From positions 49,042,001 to 49,106,000 of the forward strand of contig CM060734.1 of assembly GCA_030704615.1 (NCBI GenBank): a stretch of DNA of 64,000 bases. Direction: 5' to 3'. The translations under genes were made by a program, and so were the position numbers. The notes beneath the pieces were generated by a model that was not told where the DNA came from, ran no database searches, and saw nothing but the letters and a program-made list of their open reading frames with translations. This DNA is from Takakia lepidozioides. Its lineage: Eukaryota > Plantae > Bryophyta. Shown one piece after another: positions 1 through 14,059 of this stretch; position 1 is the stretch's first letter, and the number at the start of each line of letters is the position of its first letter.

Positions 1-1070
1 TAATTAATGTTAGAGTTGGGCTCCCTTCCTTCAGTTGGTTTAAAAAGCTGGGCGTCAACGGCATGCAAACTTTTTGAATATAGTTTCTTCTTCTCTCTGC
101 CTACTACTCTCTCTTCTTCTCATCTCATCTTGATATGACACATGAACAGCTTGCCTACCTTGAGAATCCCTCACTGATTGTTGCTTAGGTATTTAGAGAA
201 GGAGATCACGAAGGAATTTTTTTAGGAACTCTTGGGAAACTGCCTAGAACGTCTGTTACTTCGTACCATCACTATTAAACAGAGTTTCGTCTACACCCAT
301 AATAAAACCTGTAAGACACATCAGCTCCCAAACTCTTATAATCTTTGTCTGGTGGTAGTGTATCTTGGCCAACAACTGGAACTCGCACTTATGCAATGGC
401 CTTACATTAACATTGAACGTCACCCCATACTTGGAACACCATTGTGCCATCACCCACATACAAAGAAGCTTTAAAGCAGATAGGCTCTGAATGGCTTGAG
501 TGCATCGCCTGGAATGCAGCATAGGCATTGTAAGAACTCTTTGCAGTATGAAAATTTGAAATCTTATTTATACATGCATCCATTTTGCAAATTCCATCAC
601 TTTAAAGTTTTATTTGTTCTAAGCTCTAACCCCACAATAATTTTCCCAATGACACATATATTTTACTTAATCTCTATGCTCATGCGATCATATAGAAGAA
701 TTGGGTTGATCCCCCGGCCTTTAGTGAAATAACATGATTTTTTTAAAGAAAATATTAAAATTACACTACATCAGAATTGGTCCGTCAAAATTTAACTATT
801 CAATGTTGAATGTAATGAGATGTTATATTAATTAAATATATCATTAATATATAGATGTTAATATGATACTAACTATATATTATTTAAAAACTAACTATAA
901 TCAATATATGAAGCGAGACGTTTGTTTTGTTTTGTTTTGTTTGTTTTGTTTTGTAGCGTCGTTGAGATGTCCCAAACCGCGGGCCCCAAGCGCGGGTGCT
1001 TGGTGTCGTTGGAAGCCCTCGGTGAGGAGGGGTGCACCGGCTTGGTCTCATGATTTTTGGACCAGCGGTG

Positions 1071-2165
1071 TGGGAGATCTGGAATTTCAAGTGCTTTGGG
1101 TCGTTGGAAATTCGAGAAAAATAGCAAAGTGGGCTTTCCTGGAGCAATGATTGGCCCTTCATGTGGGAGATTTGAAATTTCAAATACTTTTGGTCGCTGA
1201 AAATTCGCAAAAATAGCAAAGTGGATATATCAACATATGAAGCCTCGACAGGGGAGATTGCAAAAATAGCAAAGTGGGCAATGACATAGAGATCTCCCAA
1301 ACTGTAGGTCTTTGGATACATTGGGGATTGCAGTGGACACTGGAGGTCACACTTGGGCCTCTACATGAGAGATGCACTTGGATACATGAATAGAAGATTG
1401 CACTTGGGCTTATATTTCAATTTTTCACACATGGGCCAATGGCATAGGCTACACTAGAGGTCGCACTTGGGCCTCAACATAAGAGAGGCACGGACACTTT
1501 TCAGTAGGAAACTGTGGATTTCACTTTTCCCACCACTATGCAAGAAGAGTTCACATTCCCCAGAATTCGGCAAGGGAGTGAGAGCCGCCAGTCCGCTGTT
1601 TGAGTTTCTGCATCAATATGCCTGCAGATTGGATTCCTGTTTTGCATTGTGTACCACAAAACTAGCGATAGGAGAGTCACTAGCAACCAATGCCTCCACA
1701 TTATAATTTGCAGGTAACGGGATACATAAGAAATTGCACTTGGTCTTAAATGACAATGGACACTTGGGCATCTACATGGGAGATGCACTTGGATACATAA
1801 AAGACTGCACACTAGGCTTAGATGGGCCTCGACATAGGAGATGCACATGGGAGATGTCATTGGATACATAGGAGCACTTGGGTTTAAATGACAGTGGACA
1901 CTTGGGCCTCTACACGGGAGATTCACTTGGATACATAAAAGATTGCACTTGGGCTTAGATGGGCCTCGACATAGGAGACGCACTAGGATACATAGGAAAT
2001 TGCACTTGATCTTAGATTTCAATTATTCACACATCGGCCAGCGGCACAAGCTATTGTAGAGATCGACTTGGGCCTCGACATAGGAGACGCATTTGGATAC
2101 ATAGGAAATTGCACATGGGCTTAGATGACCCTGGACACTTAAGTCAACGGCACAGGCTATCCTAG
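1071..2165. repeat. Degenerate tandem repeat arrays, probably subterminal repeats of a transposon remnant
   Basis: ~100-bp units containing GAAATTCG..AAAATAGCAAAGTGG at 1071-1280. Many 60-90 bp units built from GATGCACTTGGATACATA, GATTGCACTTGGGC and GGGCCTCGACATAGGAG at ~1335-2165. Confidence 0.7.
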
Positions 2166-2599
2166 TATATATGATATGATAGTATTGTCACTTTTAATTC
2201 TAACTAATAGTTTTTTAGTTACATTAATATTTTATCTCAAATAAGATGCCTCCAATATCCATGGTGCTTATGGAGTTTAATAGTATGTCCTTTCAAATCT
2301 GTTCATTCCAATGTTTCCAACTTTCACTACGTACATAGCCTTCGCACACAAATTTTTGTTCTTCATTTTCATGTTCACATGCTTCTCTGTTGATCAATAC
2401 ACCTTGGATGTGGCATTATAAACTTGATAAAGAAGAACGCTGACATATGGTGTTGAGGAAAGCTCTATCAAATGTGGATCCATACTCGACTCAATCAGAG
2501 CTAATTTAAATTGCTTCTTCTTATTGGGCGTTGTATGAAAAGATATTGTCAAAATGGTTGAGCCTATATAGCAGCATCAAGAGAAGTTTAAAAAGTTTG

Positions 2600-3442
2600 C
2601 AGGTTCATCAGGTTATCCAAGAGTTTAGGAATTTAGACGAAACAACATGATGGACAAGTCCAAAGCAAAACGATTAGTAGACATCTCAAGAAAACCAATA
2701 CATTTGGTGGATATTCTATAGAAACTATATTAGTATGAAAAGCTTCAAGCTTGTGGAAGTGCCTCAAGAGTCCCAACACTTGATATATTTGATTTGAAGG
2801 ACGAGTTCAAACATTGTGTCAATGCACCGAGATACACACCCACCCAAATTTGACTATATGAAGGGTAGCCTTGCTAACTACTAGATGACCCAACAAGATA
2901 AGCCTAAGCACTTGCAGTTTGATGGTATTCCTGGAGCCCTTGCATTTGGTAAATCAAGTTTAAAAGGCAAGACAAGAAATGTGACAGATCCATCAAAAGA
3001 AACTCAACAATTTCATGGATCTGTAAATACAAAACCCAAACCAACTAGCTTGAAAAAAACCCAAATATTGGTTGGATGTGTCAAGGGATCACGATATATC
3101 CAAGGAAACAATGGGATGAACATTCAAGAAAAGCCAACACACGTTGTGGATGGATCCATAGAAGCTCCTACATTTGGCAAATCTCACTTGAAGAAGAAGT
3201 CTCGATCGTATTTGGTAGTATCATCAGGAGATATCCAAATAGCTAGTGAAGCTCACAAGGGCAGCCCAAAGGTGGATCCATGCAGTGAATCCCAAACATT
3301 TGGTAAATTTCTTTTGGATGTAAAAACTGAAACCTGGCTAGATGTCTCAAGACCCTTATCCTCATTATCATGTGACACCAGCTCCTCCAAATCGATGCAT
3401 CAAGAAAAGCCCAAATTATTGGTGGAGCCTACTGAAGGGTAA
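2600..3442 (+). pseudogene. Degenerate ORF encoding an internally repetitive protein, probably transposon-associated
   Basis: ORF 2885-3442 repeats a KP(K/T)H..DG...P.FGK-type motif (KPKHLQFDGIPGALAFGK, KPTHVVDGSIEAPTFGK, PKVDPCSESQTFGK). A similar motif continues upstream through stop codons. Confidence 0.35.
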
Positions 3443-4004
3443 GCTCAACTCTCAATGAGTGGTTGATTCATGCATGATCTCCTACAAGGTGGATCAACGG
3501 TTTACAGAATCTCTAGCAATACATGGAATGCATGACGATATGTGAGTATAGTGTCTTTGCACCTAGTTTCGCCTTCCATTTGGGAGAAGTACATTTATTT
3601 AAAGACAATTTTATCATTGAATGAGGGGGGAGGAATACCATCATCATGCACTTCAAATTTGATTGTTGAAAATGGCATGTTGATGGTACATTGCATAGCC
3701 CCAACTTGCCATCTAGAGATGCGGGAGTAATCCAAACGTTGAACTTATCTACTCTCCTAGCAACTTTGTTGAATTCAGTCTTGTATAACAGACCAAAATT
3801 CTCTTAGGGTTATTCCTGAAGATTAGACAACCATCCCCAACTTTCGTACGACAACCAGATTTCAACTGTAGCTTATAGGAGAATTACCTATGGTTGTCAA
3901 CACCAAACTGATTTGACATTATGGTAATCTTTTTTTACTATTTCACTTAGACTCTTTATTGTCATAATCTAAATTAGTTTTTATAGTTTCACATGGCGCC
4001 TTAA

Positions 4005-4895
4005 CCCCTAAAGGAGGAGCTAACTTTTTGGACTTTTTGGCAAAACAGGTATATACCCTCTCTAAAATCGCTGTAACTACCTAACCAGTGACATCCACGT
4101 GGATGAACCGTACGCATGTATCCCTACTGACATCATGAATGACATGGAAAAATTACAGGACTTTTGACCGTTGTATTTGGGAGATTATAACAAAATAAAA
4201 AGGCCTAAATTGTGAAAATGCAAAAAACCAAGTGACAAAAATGGGTTTGACCATGCCAAATTGGCATTTTCCAGATTTTTCCTGAGTGAATGGGTTCCAG
4301 ATTCTCCAGTGAAGTGAAGGAGTACTCCCTGCAAAAATGGGCCCAAACCCCAAAAATTAGAGGGGGGGGGGGGGTTTCGCTTTGTATGTGAAGCAAGGGG
4401 GGTAAAATTCATTCCAAGTTGCTCTGGCCAGCTGAGGGCTTCCAAATGCCCTGAAATAGGGACTTGCCAGGAAATTCCAACCGTCACTCTATGAAGCACT
4501 CCACTGCAAAGGCCTCTGCAAAAAACATTTGGGATTTGGAGGAAGGTTCATACATGGATGGGGAAAAGAGTGGATTTCCCGGCAAACGGCAAAGCAGGCC
4601 TTCTGGTGCCGAAAACGTGCCGGAAACAATGGTTTTACCTGCCAGCTGTGCAAATCCGGGGTTCCATGCCCGGTCAACGGGCGTGACCACCTCCTGCACC
4701 ACACAAAATGGCGAAACCCTGCCACGCCATAAATTCTAGCATGCAGGGAATTTATTGAAGCCCTAAAATTTTTACTGCAGCGTGTAGAGGACTGGATGGG
4801 CTACAGAATTCGTTCAGGCCGCATCTCCATCGGATGTCATCCGACGGAGATACGCCCTCCCCTGCAAAACGATGCGTCGCGTCGTCGTTTAAGGG
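4005..4895. mobile_element. Putative non-autonomous piggyBac-like element (TTAA|CCC...GGG|TTAA)
   Basis: TTAA at 4001-4004 and 4896-4899. Ends CCCCTAAAGGAGGA and (reverse complement) CCCTTAAACGACGA match 11/14. No transposase ORF inside. Confidence 0.4.
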
Positions 4896-6392
4896 TTAAC
4901 ACGTTAACACCAAATGATCTAACATTAGAGAGGCAGCATGACACAAAAGCTGAGGACCAAAATATCCATGAAAACAAAAGAAAAGAAAAGAATTTTACAA
5001 AGCAAAAATAATCAGTCTTTAATCTTTTTCCAACTAATGTTATATCGCAATGGATGTGGAGCCTATCTATATAGGTAGTAAATCTAGATAAAATTATACA
5101 AATTTATTTTTATACGTATTCAACGTATGTTACATTAAGATAATTATCTACTTACCAGTATATCTGTTTTTAAAAAATATATATCTGTTAAATTGTTAAA
5201 CCTTTCAATAGTTAGCTGAAAATTACCCCAATTCTAGAGAGGGTTAACTGCAAACAGATAAACCTTCTTCCAAGGACTTGTTCCCTATTGGGGGAAAAAG
5301 AAAAGAAAAGAGGAGACTACGTACCACTATCGAAAATCACTAATAAGCCTCCTTTGCCGAAAACTACTTCCATGATATGCCTTCTCAAGGTAACACCTCC
5401 CTGAGGTAACATCTCTATTATTGAACAACTTAGGAAAATATACGGATGTATTTTCACTGATTTTCTTAAAAGAACATTTTTTATGAACAGGGGACAGTGG
5501 CCCTGAAATTTTATTACTAAGGTAAGGAAAAAAAAACTTTACAAAAGAAGCCAGTAGATTCCACTATCCACAAAGAGGAGCCATAGGCAACTAGCACACT
5601 TCAGTGCACACTGAAGAAGAACCTCTTTCTTTTTCCAAGCCAACTAGCAAATCACCCAACATGAGAAGTAAAAATATGAGCACATGCCAGGACTACCTAT
5701 AGCAACAGTTATTTTTTAGGAGAATTTCGGCATCAATTGTTGTCCATTCTTTTAGGACCAGGCCACCAAAAGTTCTGCTTTGTTCATCAGCAGGGAGATT
5801 AGAGCTCTAGACCTATTCACTGCCTGAGCTGTGTCTCAAATCTCACCAAAAACAGAGAGTGAGGGATCGGTTAGCATCTGGGTCCTGATTGTATATGCAA
5901 GATTGCTACGGAGGCAGTCTCGAATTTTTTGGAAGACTAACTGACATCCTGCGAGGAGCAATCCAGTGCTGTGGATTTTATGCTGAAGATCTCAGTTTCA
6001 ATTCTATGTTTCGAGTGCAGGAATATAGTCACCTTGTTGTGTGACAAATCTCAACAATTTCGTGGTTCGTTTTGAGGGAGGGAGTGGGAATGCTGGCCCC
6101 CACCAATCCAGCAGAGTTGCAATGGCAACATGTTGGAGAACGAAGTCTGAATCACCTCTCTCCGACCGTTGAGATGTCTGAGCCTGCTACTCCAGAAACT
6201 CCCTATTTCTAGCATCTTCCGCTCTGGGTCTCCCTTGATAATGCCCAGCTTTGTGTGTGCATACTGCATACCGAATTATGCTCTGAAACCTCTCGGACGG
6301 AATGGGCACCCCCAAAAATTTCATGGAAGCACTACTTTCGCTTCCCTACCAATTCCGAGGATGGGGCTGTGCCACCGTCGACACAATTTAAG

Positions 6393-7635
6393 ATGGTAGC
6401 TCTCACAGTCATTATAATAGCCAGTGTTGTTGGTGGTGTGCTACTGGTGGCTTTCCTGATTAGTTTGTGGTGCTATTTCTGCAACCGCTCCAGTGACCCT
6501 GTGACAGACGCGGATACTGCCCACTTGAAAGGGCTGGGGGGCGGATTATCTGAAGCTGATCTTGTCAGGGCAACTAATGGGTTCACCAAAGCCACCGTGG
6601 TTGGGGTTGGCAGCTCCAGCACTGTCTTCAAGGGGGTGCTGCCTAACGGTCAAGTCATTGCAGTGAAAAGATTGAATGCGAAGACCAGTAAGGAGTTGCG
6701 CAAAACTTTTGTTGCTGAGTGCCATGTGTTAATGCGAGTAACGAAACACATTAGCCTGGTTCGAGTGCTGGACTGCAGTGCGGGCCCCAGCTTTTTGGCC
6801 TTGATCATGGAGTTTATGCCTAATGGCACCCTTGAAAAGCACCTGTATGAGCGGGATACGAGCTGGGAGGATCGACTCAACGTTGCCATCGGTGTGGCAA
6901 ACGCGCTGGTGTACCTGCATCATGAGTGCCCGGAGCACAGGGTGTACTGTGATCTGAAGCCTTCTCACGTTCTCCTTGACAGAAAGGCCAAGACCCACAT
7001 CACCGACCTTCGCATCCCACGCTTTGCTACAGCACAGAGCAGTAGTCAGCCCAAGGTGGTCTTGGGTGGGACCCCGGGCTACTGCCCTCCAGGTTTGGCA
7101 CTGCAGATTTCACATCTTTTGAGCCAATGACCAATGTTTTGTTTACCCGGCATGCTTTACTTTAGTTCATGACATGAAACCTATGATGCTACAGATTATC
7201 TTTTAAACTACTCCTACATTCAGATGATAAATCTGTCCAGATGAAACACTGTATCTTGCTGGAGTTCATGACCAAATAAACTCGATGGGTTGGGTATAAT
7301 GAGCAGAATATGCGCACACACAGGGAGCAACACCAAAGGGTGATGTGTACAGCTTTGGAGTCCTGATGCTGGAGTTTTTGACCAGGAAAAAACCCAGCAG
7401 CATTCTGGTCAGTGAGGGCGTGAACATCTCACAGTGGGTGCGGCAAGCATTGGCGAAGCCAGAGCTGGCCAGACAAGTTCTTGATGTGAAACTGCTGAAG
7501 ACCACAGGTATTGACAAGCAGCTGCTGCAGCTGATGGATGTGGCCATGCTTTGCACACACGAGGTGCCTGATAGACGACCCTCCATGCAGGACGTGCTAA
7601 AGGTGCTCATTGGAATCCAGCACCAGCAGCGGTAA
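6393..7635 (+). CDS. Membrane-anchored receptor-like kinase without ectodomain (LRR-XII/non-RD type), likely pseudokinase; exons 6393-7092 and 7307-7635
   Basis: N-terminal TM helix VIIIASVVGGVLLVAFLISLW. Kinase motifs GVGSSSTVFKG, VIAVKRL, EFMPNGTL, YCDLKPSHVLL, GTPGYCPPEY and GDVYSFGVLMLE. A GT-AG intron joins in frame. Confidence 0.88.
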
Positions 7636-8301
7636 AGTGGGTTCTCGTTTCTTCCTCTGCTCGAGCTCCTTCGAGCAAAGAAAAAGCAGTGCCCCGACAT
7701 TTGAATCGAAGACCAGTGTCTTGTATCTCTCATGCCATGTTTCTTGAAACTGATTCTGTAAGAAACCCACAATCTCATGCTCTTTCTGACGTCTCTATGT
7801 GGATCGGTGGATTTGGTTTGGATTTGGGTTGCAGCCAAGCCTACTCAAATTACTTAGAATCTCTCCGTGGGTTTAGAGTTGCAAGGGACAAAAGCTCAGT
7901 TATTCAGGACTGAGCTGTGCTGTCTGTTTCTTTCAGGTCTTATGTGGCGAGCTTAGTGCTTGTGAACTGCGGGCTGCGTTTCCTACTCTTTATGCAAGGT
8001 ATGTTGTTTGAAAGGGCTGACCCTGTCACTTCTAGCCTATTAAAAACCTGAGGTGATGTTTAGGTCCATGACAACGCACATTAAACTTAACATTCAAATA
8101 AGAGAGGCTTGGCACAGGTTCTTTGCAGCAATCTCTCTCCCAGAGGCTGTTGTCGGACTTTCAAAGGTAAGGAAACTCAGCATGACAGTGTCTTACACTT
8201 AACCACAGCAGAGAGAAAGAGAAGGGAGAAATTTGGAGGAAGGAATGGATAATAACCCTCTAAAAACATGTACTAAAGAATATAAGGAGAAACAACTGCA
8301 C

Positions 8302-8556
8302 CTGCATCTTCTTCATAGCCACATTTACTCCTGGAATAGCCCTGCGTAGAGCAACTTCAGGAGACCGGGGCACCTTCGCGTCTGGTGAGTAAAGCACTGC
8401 CTCTGCTGTGCCCACACCCCAGACACGCATTGGTGCACCATAGGGGATTGGTGCAGCAGCTTGGATTATAACCAGGAGGACCACAACAGCTCGTCTCAAT
8501 GCCCGATTTCTTGTTGTGGCACGTGGCTCGAGGCAGATAGCTCCATTCCTGTCCAC
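8302..8556 (-). pseudogene. Isolated 5' exon resembling chloroplast cyclophilin CYP37
   Basis: AEAVLYSPDAKVPRSPEVALRRAIP...MKKMQ resembles the CYP37 mature N-terminus (AVLYSPDTKVPRTGELALRRAIP), preceded by a lumen-signal-like hydrophobic stretch and followed by a GT donor. No in-frame ATG and no intact downstream exons. Confidence 0.6.
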
Positions 8557-10165
8557 AGCATTGCTGCTACAAGGCTTGTGTGTTGATCCCCACAGTGAAA
8601 TGACTATGTCTCACAGCCTGGCTTCCTATGTAATTGCCCTTGCAGCATGTGTCTAGCCCAGTCCATACGTAGGAAAAGTATCAACTACATGTGAAAGGTA
8701 CTGTGCCCATGGGAATGATAGATTTCAAGAGGAATATTCATATGCTGCCCAGGAGAAACTAAACTCTTGCAAAGTATCTCATTGGAAGACAACAGAAAGA
8801 AGCATTCATACCCTGTGGGCAAAGGAAGGCGGATGCCGAGCAGAGACTGTGAAGACTTCTTCTTTTCTGGTATGTCGACAGCAAGGACATCACGGCAATC
8901 TGAGTGTTTGGGTGCCTGGACTTGTAGGTGTATATTTCCTCCATATTGAGCTGAACAACTTCCGTGTGTTCACTGATAAACTGTGCAGATGTGCGAGTTG
9001 AGATGTGGTCATTCCAATTGCAGCTGTATCTATGTTCAAATCTCAAAGCATCTATCACTGAACTCTACCTACATTGCAATATGATGAACTGATGCCTGGT
9101 TTGGAATGCGGCAAGAATTTTGAAAGTCCGGGATTTTCAAATGATCTTCAAGAATGCCCTGGCTAATTCACATCGCAGTCCCATATCCTTGTTTATGAAT
9201 TCAACCATGGTTTTATGGACAGAACCATTGCACTCTTGTTATAATATAGATGTACACCTGACTGTCCCCTGGACACACAAAAATCTATTTACATAGGTTT
9301 TTGGTTGGTTTGCGAGCCACCTTGCACTAACAGAATGTCGATGAAGTCAGGCTTGCCAGCATGTACAGTGTGGCCGTCCAAAAACTTTGACACCGGGTTA
9401 CGGATCACAATTGCCAAACTGTGTGAGCCCTTAGCCTAGACATGTGAAGGCAGATGGCTTGGAAGATGGCTTGCTTACGGTCAGAAGGCTCTGCACGGCT
9501 GTAGACTGTTGATCATAAGCTGTGGCAGTCAAGCTACCGTGCACACAGAAAGGATTCTAACTAACTCTGTGATACTACATACTTGTAAGTAATGAAAGCA
9601 CATAGGTCTCATTTTGAAGTGGCCCATTCTGCCGGCAAGGGTCAAATGTGATGAAAGTATTGACGAAAATGTGATGAAAGTATTGACGACATAGAAACGT
9701 CCTTGCTGAAACAAGTGATATGGGCGGGCACTTGTGGTTCGGCAGTATTGTCTAGCGTGACAATACTGCTTCTAAAGAGTAGTTCTGTAAAACGTATATG
9801 ACACTAAGTTCAAATCCAAGCCACCACCACCATGCAGATCTGGCCATGTAATCCTTCAAGAATGATCACTATGACACAATGACGCGAAGCCAAAGGACCA
9901 AGCAAACCCTTTCTCAAAGTAGTTTCTTGGATAATATGATAGAAGTCCAAAAGGCACCTTGAGCCAGAAGTGCCTTGAAAACTCATTTTCTTCAACTAAC
10001 CTTTGCCGGAAGTACTAAGATCTATGGCGTCTTGCCCTCCTGTGGCAGTCCTTTGCAGATGAGAAGATCCCTGCTACCCTCGTACTTTCAAACTATCTTT
10101 CCCAGACACTGCTCAGCTATAAAAATGGGAAATCGTACAGAGTCAAAAGAGAAATGTTCATCAGG

Positions 10166-13100
10166 CTAGTCGTCAAGAGCATGGAGAAGATCCCGCACTT
10201 CCTGCTTAAGCACAGAAAGTTTTGACTGGAAGGGAGCAATACGACTGTCAATCTCTTTACTGCTCAATTTGCGCTCGTACGCCTCCACAGTAGCAATCTG
10301 CTTTTGCTGCAGCTTCTCTACCATCTCCTTCTCCTTATGTAGTAAGGCCTCCACCTGCATACCCAGGTGTCATTTCACCTCTTGAAGCCTCATGGCACCG
10401 TCAGACATTCAACCCCTTGTATTACTGCAACTACAGTTTCTTTCACAGCAGTAGTTTAGAGGACAGGCCTGCACCTGACTGGTACTTCTTCTCACCTCAA
10501 TTTGAGCTGACCTATCAACCCAATAATACCTCTCTTCTACAGATGAGACTTCTGTGTGAACCATAAGTGAGCATTGACCGCGGAAAAACTTGAATACACA
10601 TAGCTTACAATCTTGTAGGGTACATGGGTGAGACAGTGTCCACACCTTAGGCAGAACAGAGGAAGAACGGGATGAGGCATGGAAAGAATCAGAGAGGGCC
10701 TTGAGGTCCTTGGATGTATCTTTCCATGTGGCATCAGCTGCTTTGCGTGCCACTTTGCAGGGTGCTGTGTCACCAGATCGTGCCACCTCACGCAGTGACG
10801 CCTCCAAGCGCTCGCCTGCAATTGCACGCACTCCCATCACCTTCTGCAACCTTTGCATTGCATCCACCACCTGCCAGCCCAATCCAACCCATGTCATTTC
10901 AGTTGTTATTAGAGCAGTGTGCCCATCCTTGGCAAGCGTTAGTGCAATGTCCACCCACTAAGACTCATCCAAGCTATTGGGAAGTGAACCACTTGAAGAA
11001 CAATTAGTGTGCTGAGCAATAACTATTTCAGAATAATGAAGTAAGCTCCAGAGCAGCTGTTCGACTTTTTTCTTCTGCTGAAAGTTAGCTAGCATGCAGA
11101 ATACCTCCAACAGGAGTGCTCAGGATCAAGCACTTACATTTCAAAAGGTATTTAATCAAAAGGTATTCTATGCCTCCTCATTCGCATGAGCCAAACAAGA
11201 AAGTTGTGGGTCAAAGTTTATCCAGTGAAGCAACAAACAATCCATGGGATAAGTGAACATGTAAAAATTCAAGTACAGCAGGAGTGGCTCTGTACTTAGT
11301 GTTTCAAAGGATAGATAGGAAAGGTGGAGAATAATGTAGCATACCTCTTCTCGCTGAAGACGGGTTTGATAGGAGGACGATGACTTGGAAATCGAGAAGT
11401 CGAAATGCATGTAGGCAATGCAGACCACAAAGAAGGCCAAGAATCCTGTCACCAGCAGCAATGGCTCTACCAGCATGCCCAAGGGATTGAACCTGTAGTA
11501 GACCTGAAAAATGTGAAGTCCACGATGTCAGAAGCTGAAATAATTCCAGAACAGCACAAGTCTTCCAAGATAAGGAGTAAGTAGAACTACCTGGAAGAAT
11601 TGATGATGCTCCGGAACAGCATTCTGTTTGGACAATACGATGACAGGTCGCCCCACAGTGTCCAAATAAGTGTACTTTATCTGCACATCCAGCACAGTTT
11701 TTCAATAAAAGATGCCTCTTGCTCTGAGGATGTATAACATTCACAGTTGGTGAAGAGTATGCATACAAGATAAGCCACTGATTGCTCTTGGAGAAGGTGC
11801 ATCTCACGAATTTCATCACCTCTTTGTGTTGCTCCACATGAAAAGGAACACTTATGGAGGGGTCTTTGGATCCCTCGGGTAATACCACCTGCAAACCACA
11901 ACACATTATGTGAAACTATAAAATAAATACCAGTCAGAGCAGAAGTAAGCCATTGTACATGAAAACACTTTGCCCCTCTTGACCACACGTGCCTGTCCAG
12001 GATCATCCCACAAGAGAAGTGATGAACTTGGGGCATGATAGGAGAAGCACCTTGATAGTAAGGTTGTCAACCACCACATTATTGAAAGGGCTGCCAAAAG
12101 TGTAGTTTAGGAAACGGCGGCCATCATTAGACCTGTACATAAAATCTTCGAGAGGAACACCATAGCCCAGAGTGAACGTCACCTTCCACCCTCCAAAAAG
12201 TGGGTAGCGTGGCTCCAACTCCAGCTCTGTCTGCATCCACACCACTCTTACGGTAAGTCCGGAGTCATGTAGAAACTGTCTAGTTCACAGCCTTTGACGG
12301 TGAATATACCAAAAAAAATAGAGAGCCGTGAGTACATTACGTCTCCTACGGTGCGCTGACCTTTTTGAAATCGGAACGCAAATGAGAGGTTGAGATGTTG
12401 CCAATTTCATCTCGATAATACACTGAATGTGCATGTGCCGGGAGTTTTGCCACCAGATGTCGGAATGACGCTACCCCACTTGCAGAGGGCTTTGACTGGT
12501 AATCAAACCTGTTCATCACCACATTACACTGACACTTGATCAGGGTTTGGCAGAATACACCACCAAGATGCATCACAACTACTTTATTGCCCACCATCAC
12601 ATGTCAACCAAATACTCTAGCAAGATTGACACCTGTCCTATCCAACTACAAACAAGTAATACATACAGCGAGCTGGGACCAACCTAGAAAAACTGCCCTT
12701 GTGGCGAGCACCGGCATGGGCAAGCCTGTAATTCTCAGTGACATAGATGTTGCCCCAGTGTGATATCTCAATTTCCCGGACCAGCTCTTCCACCACTGCA
12801 AATGGCTGGTTGTTCTCAAAGTGCAGTGTAATTGGCGCTTTTGCAAGGGCTTCCACATTCTCATAAGGACCATATTTTATTTCTGATTCCACCACCTTAG
12901 TTGGCTCCACCCTTGTGTAAGATTCCACACGGTACGTTGGAAGTTTGAAGGTGGTGGATTGCACCTTTGTCAGATATGGAGACAAAGAGTAGGCACTGTC
13001 ATGAAAGAGTACCAGTTGCACATCGGACTGACCAATTTCCTCTGGAAAGGGCTTCAGCACATGGGTGAGGACCACATAAGTTTCCAAGGAAACCACCTCT

Positions 13101-14059
13101 CCCTTCTTTAAGGGCTTCAGCAACTTTATCGAGTATAAACTCACTGTTCCCTGCTCAGACACTGGAGTCACTGCCAACGTCTGTGGCGAAGACTTGCTCC
13201 TACCCCTGCCTTCAATAATCACCGCTTGGATAAATGCCACCCTCTTGGCCTGACTTGTCGTCAAAGCTAACAGCACCTCCGATGCTGCCTCTGCCCCTGC
13301 ATTCTCAACCTGCCCCCACCACCCACACAACCTGTGTATAGTCTGTAGTTCATGCACGCTTCATCCCTGATGCCTATGGTCTCTGTGGCTTCACGCGCAC
13401 GTTGCAACCATTCAAGATCAACAAGGACGCATACCTGCATGACTTCGAAACTTTATCATGCTAGGAATCTGATTCCGAGTTTAAAATGACGACCTGAGAT
13501 CGATGGATCGCCTCGTGACAGCTGCTTCAGAAACCGCGGAAAAAGCAGATATCAGCAAAAATGCCGAATACAATCTTGAGGACGTATGTATACGGAATAG
13601 GCACTTTACCTTCAAAGATGTTGTGATCCGCGCGACCTGCGAAGTGAGATCCACCTACAAAAAACAATGTAGCAGACTAAATACAAGCATTCAGTGTGTC
13701 GCAACCACAACAAGCCTCCCCTTGAGCATAGCCCTAACGGAAGAACTTCAAGCTTCAAATTCCACCCGTAGCAATTCGCCCACCAAAATATCCTCCACCA
13801 ACACTTACGACCCACAAAACGTCCTTCGATCCACCATCCCACCAGCAGAAATCAATGCAATCTGTCAAGCTGCTAAGACAGGCAGGGCATGATCACCACA
13901 TCAAACAGGAAGTAACGGAACCCACACCTTGCGTTCTACTTTTGTCAGCACAAGGCTGCCCACAGCAGCATCCCCTCCATACCACCCCAACACAAACAGC
14001 ACCACCACGAGCGCCAGCTGCGGCCATCGCAGCGGAGCCATCGCGCCTCTCCTCCGCAT
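10166..14059 (-). CDS. OST1: Ribophorin I / oligosaccharyltransferase subunit 1, ~10 exons
   Basis: Signal peptide, then [67 protein letters not shown], a TM helix [13 protein letters not shown] and a coiled C-terminal tail. Approximate exons 14059-13928, 13654-13610, 13309-12686, 12510-12361, 12230-12051, 11888-11820, 11680-11591, 11503-11345, 10870-10646, 10354-10166. Confidence 0.95.

Noticed and set aside
232-732. Short ORFs at the window start
   Set aside because: Probably decayed transposon sequence; no motif could be supported.
7830-8170. Plus-strand exon-like pieces (7938-7998, 8118-8166) or further CYP37 exons on the minus strand
   Set aside because: Splice-like signals are present but no coherent recognisable protein could be assembled on either strand.
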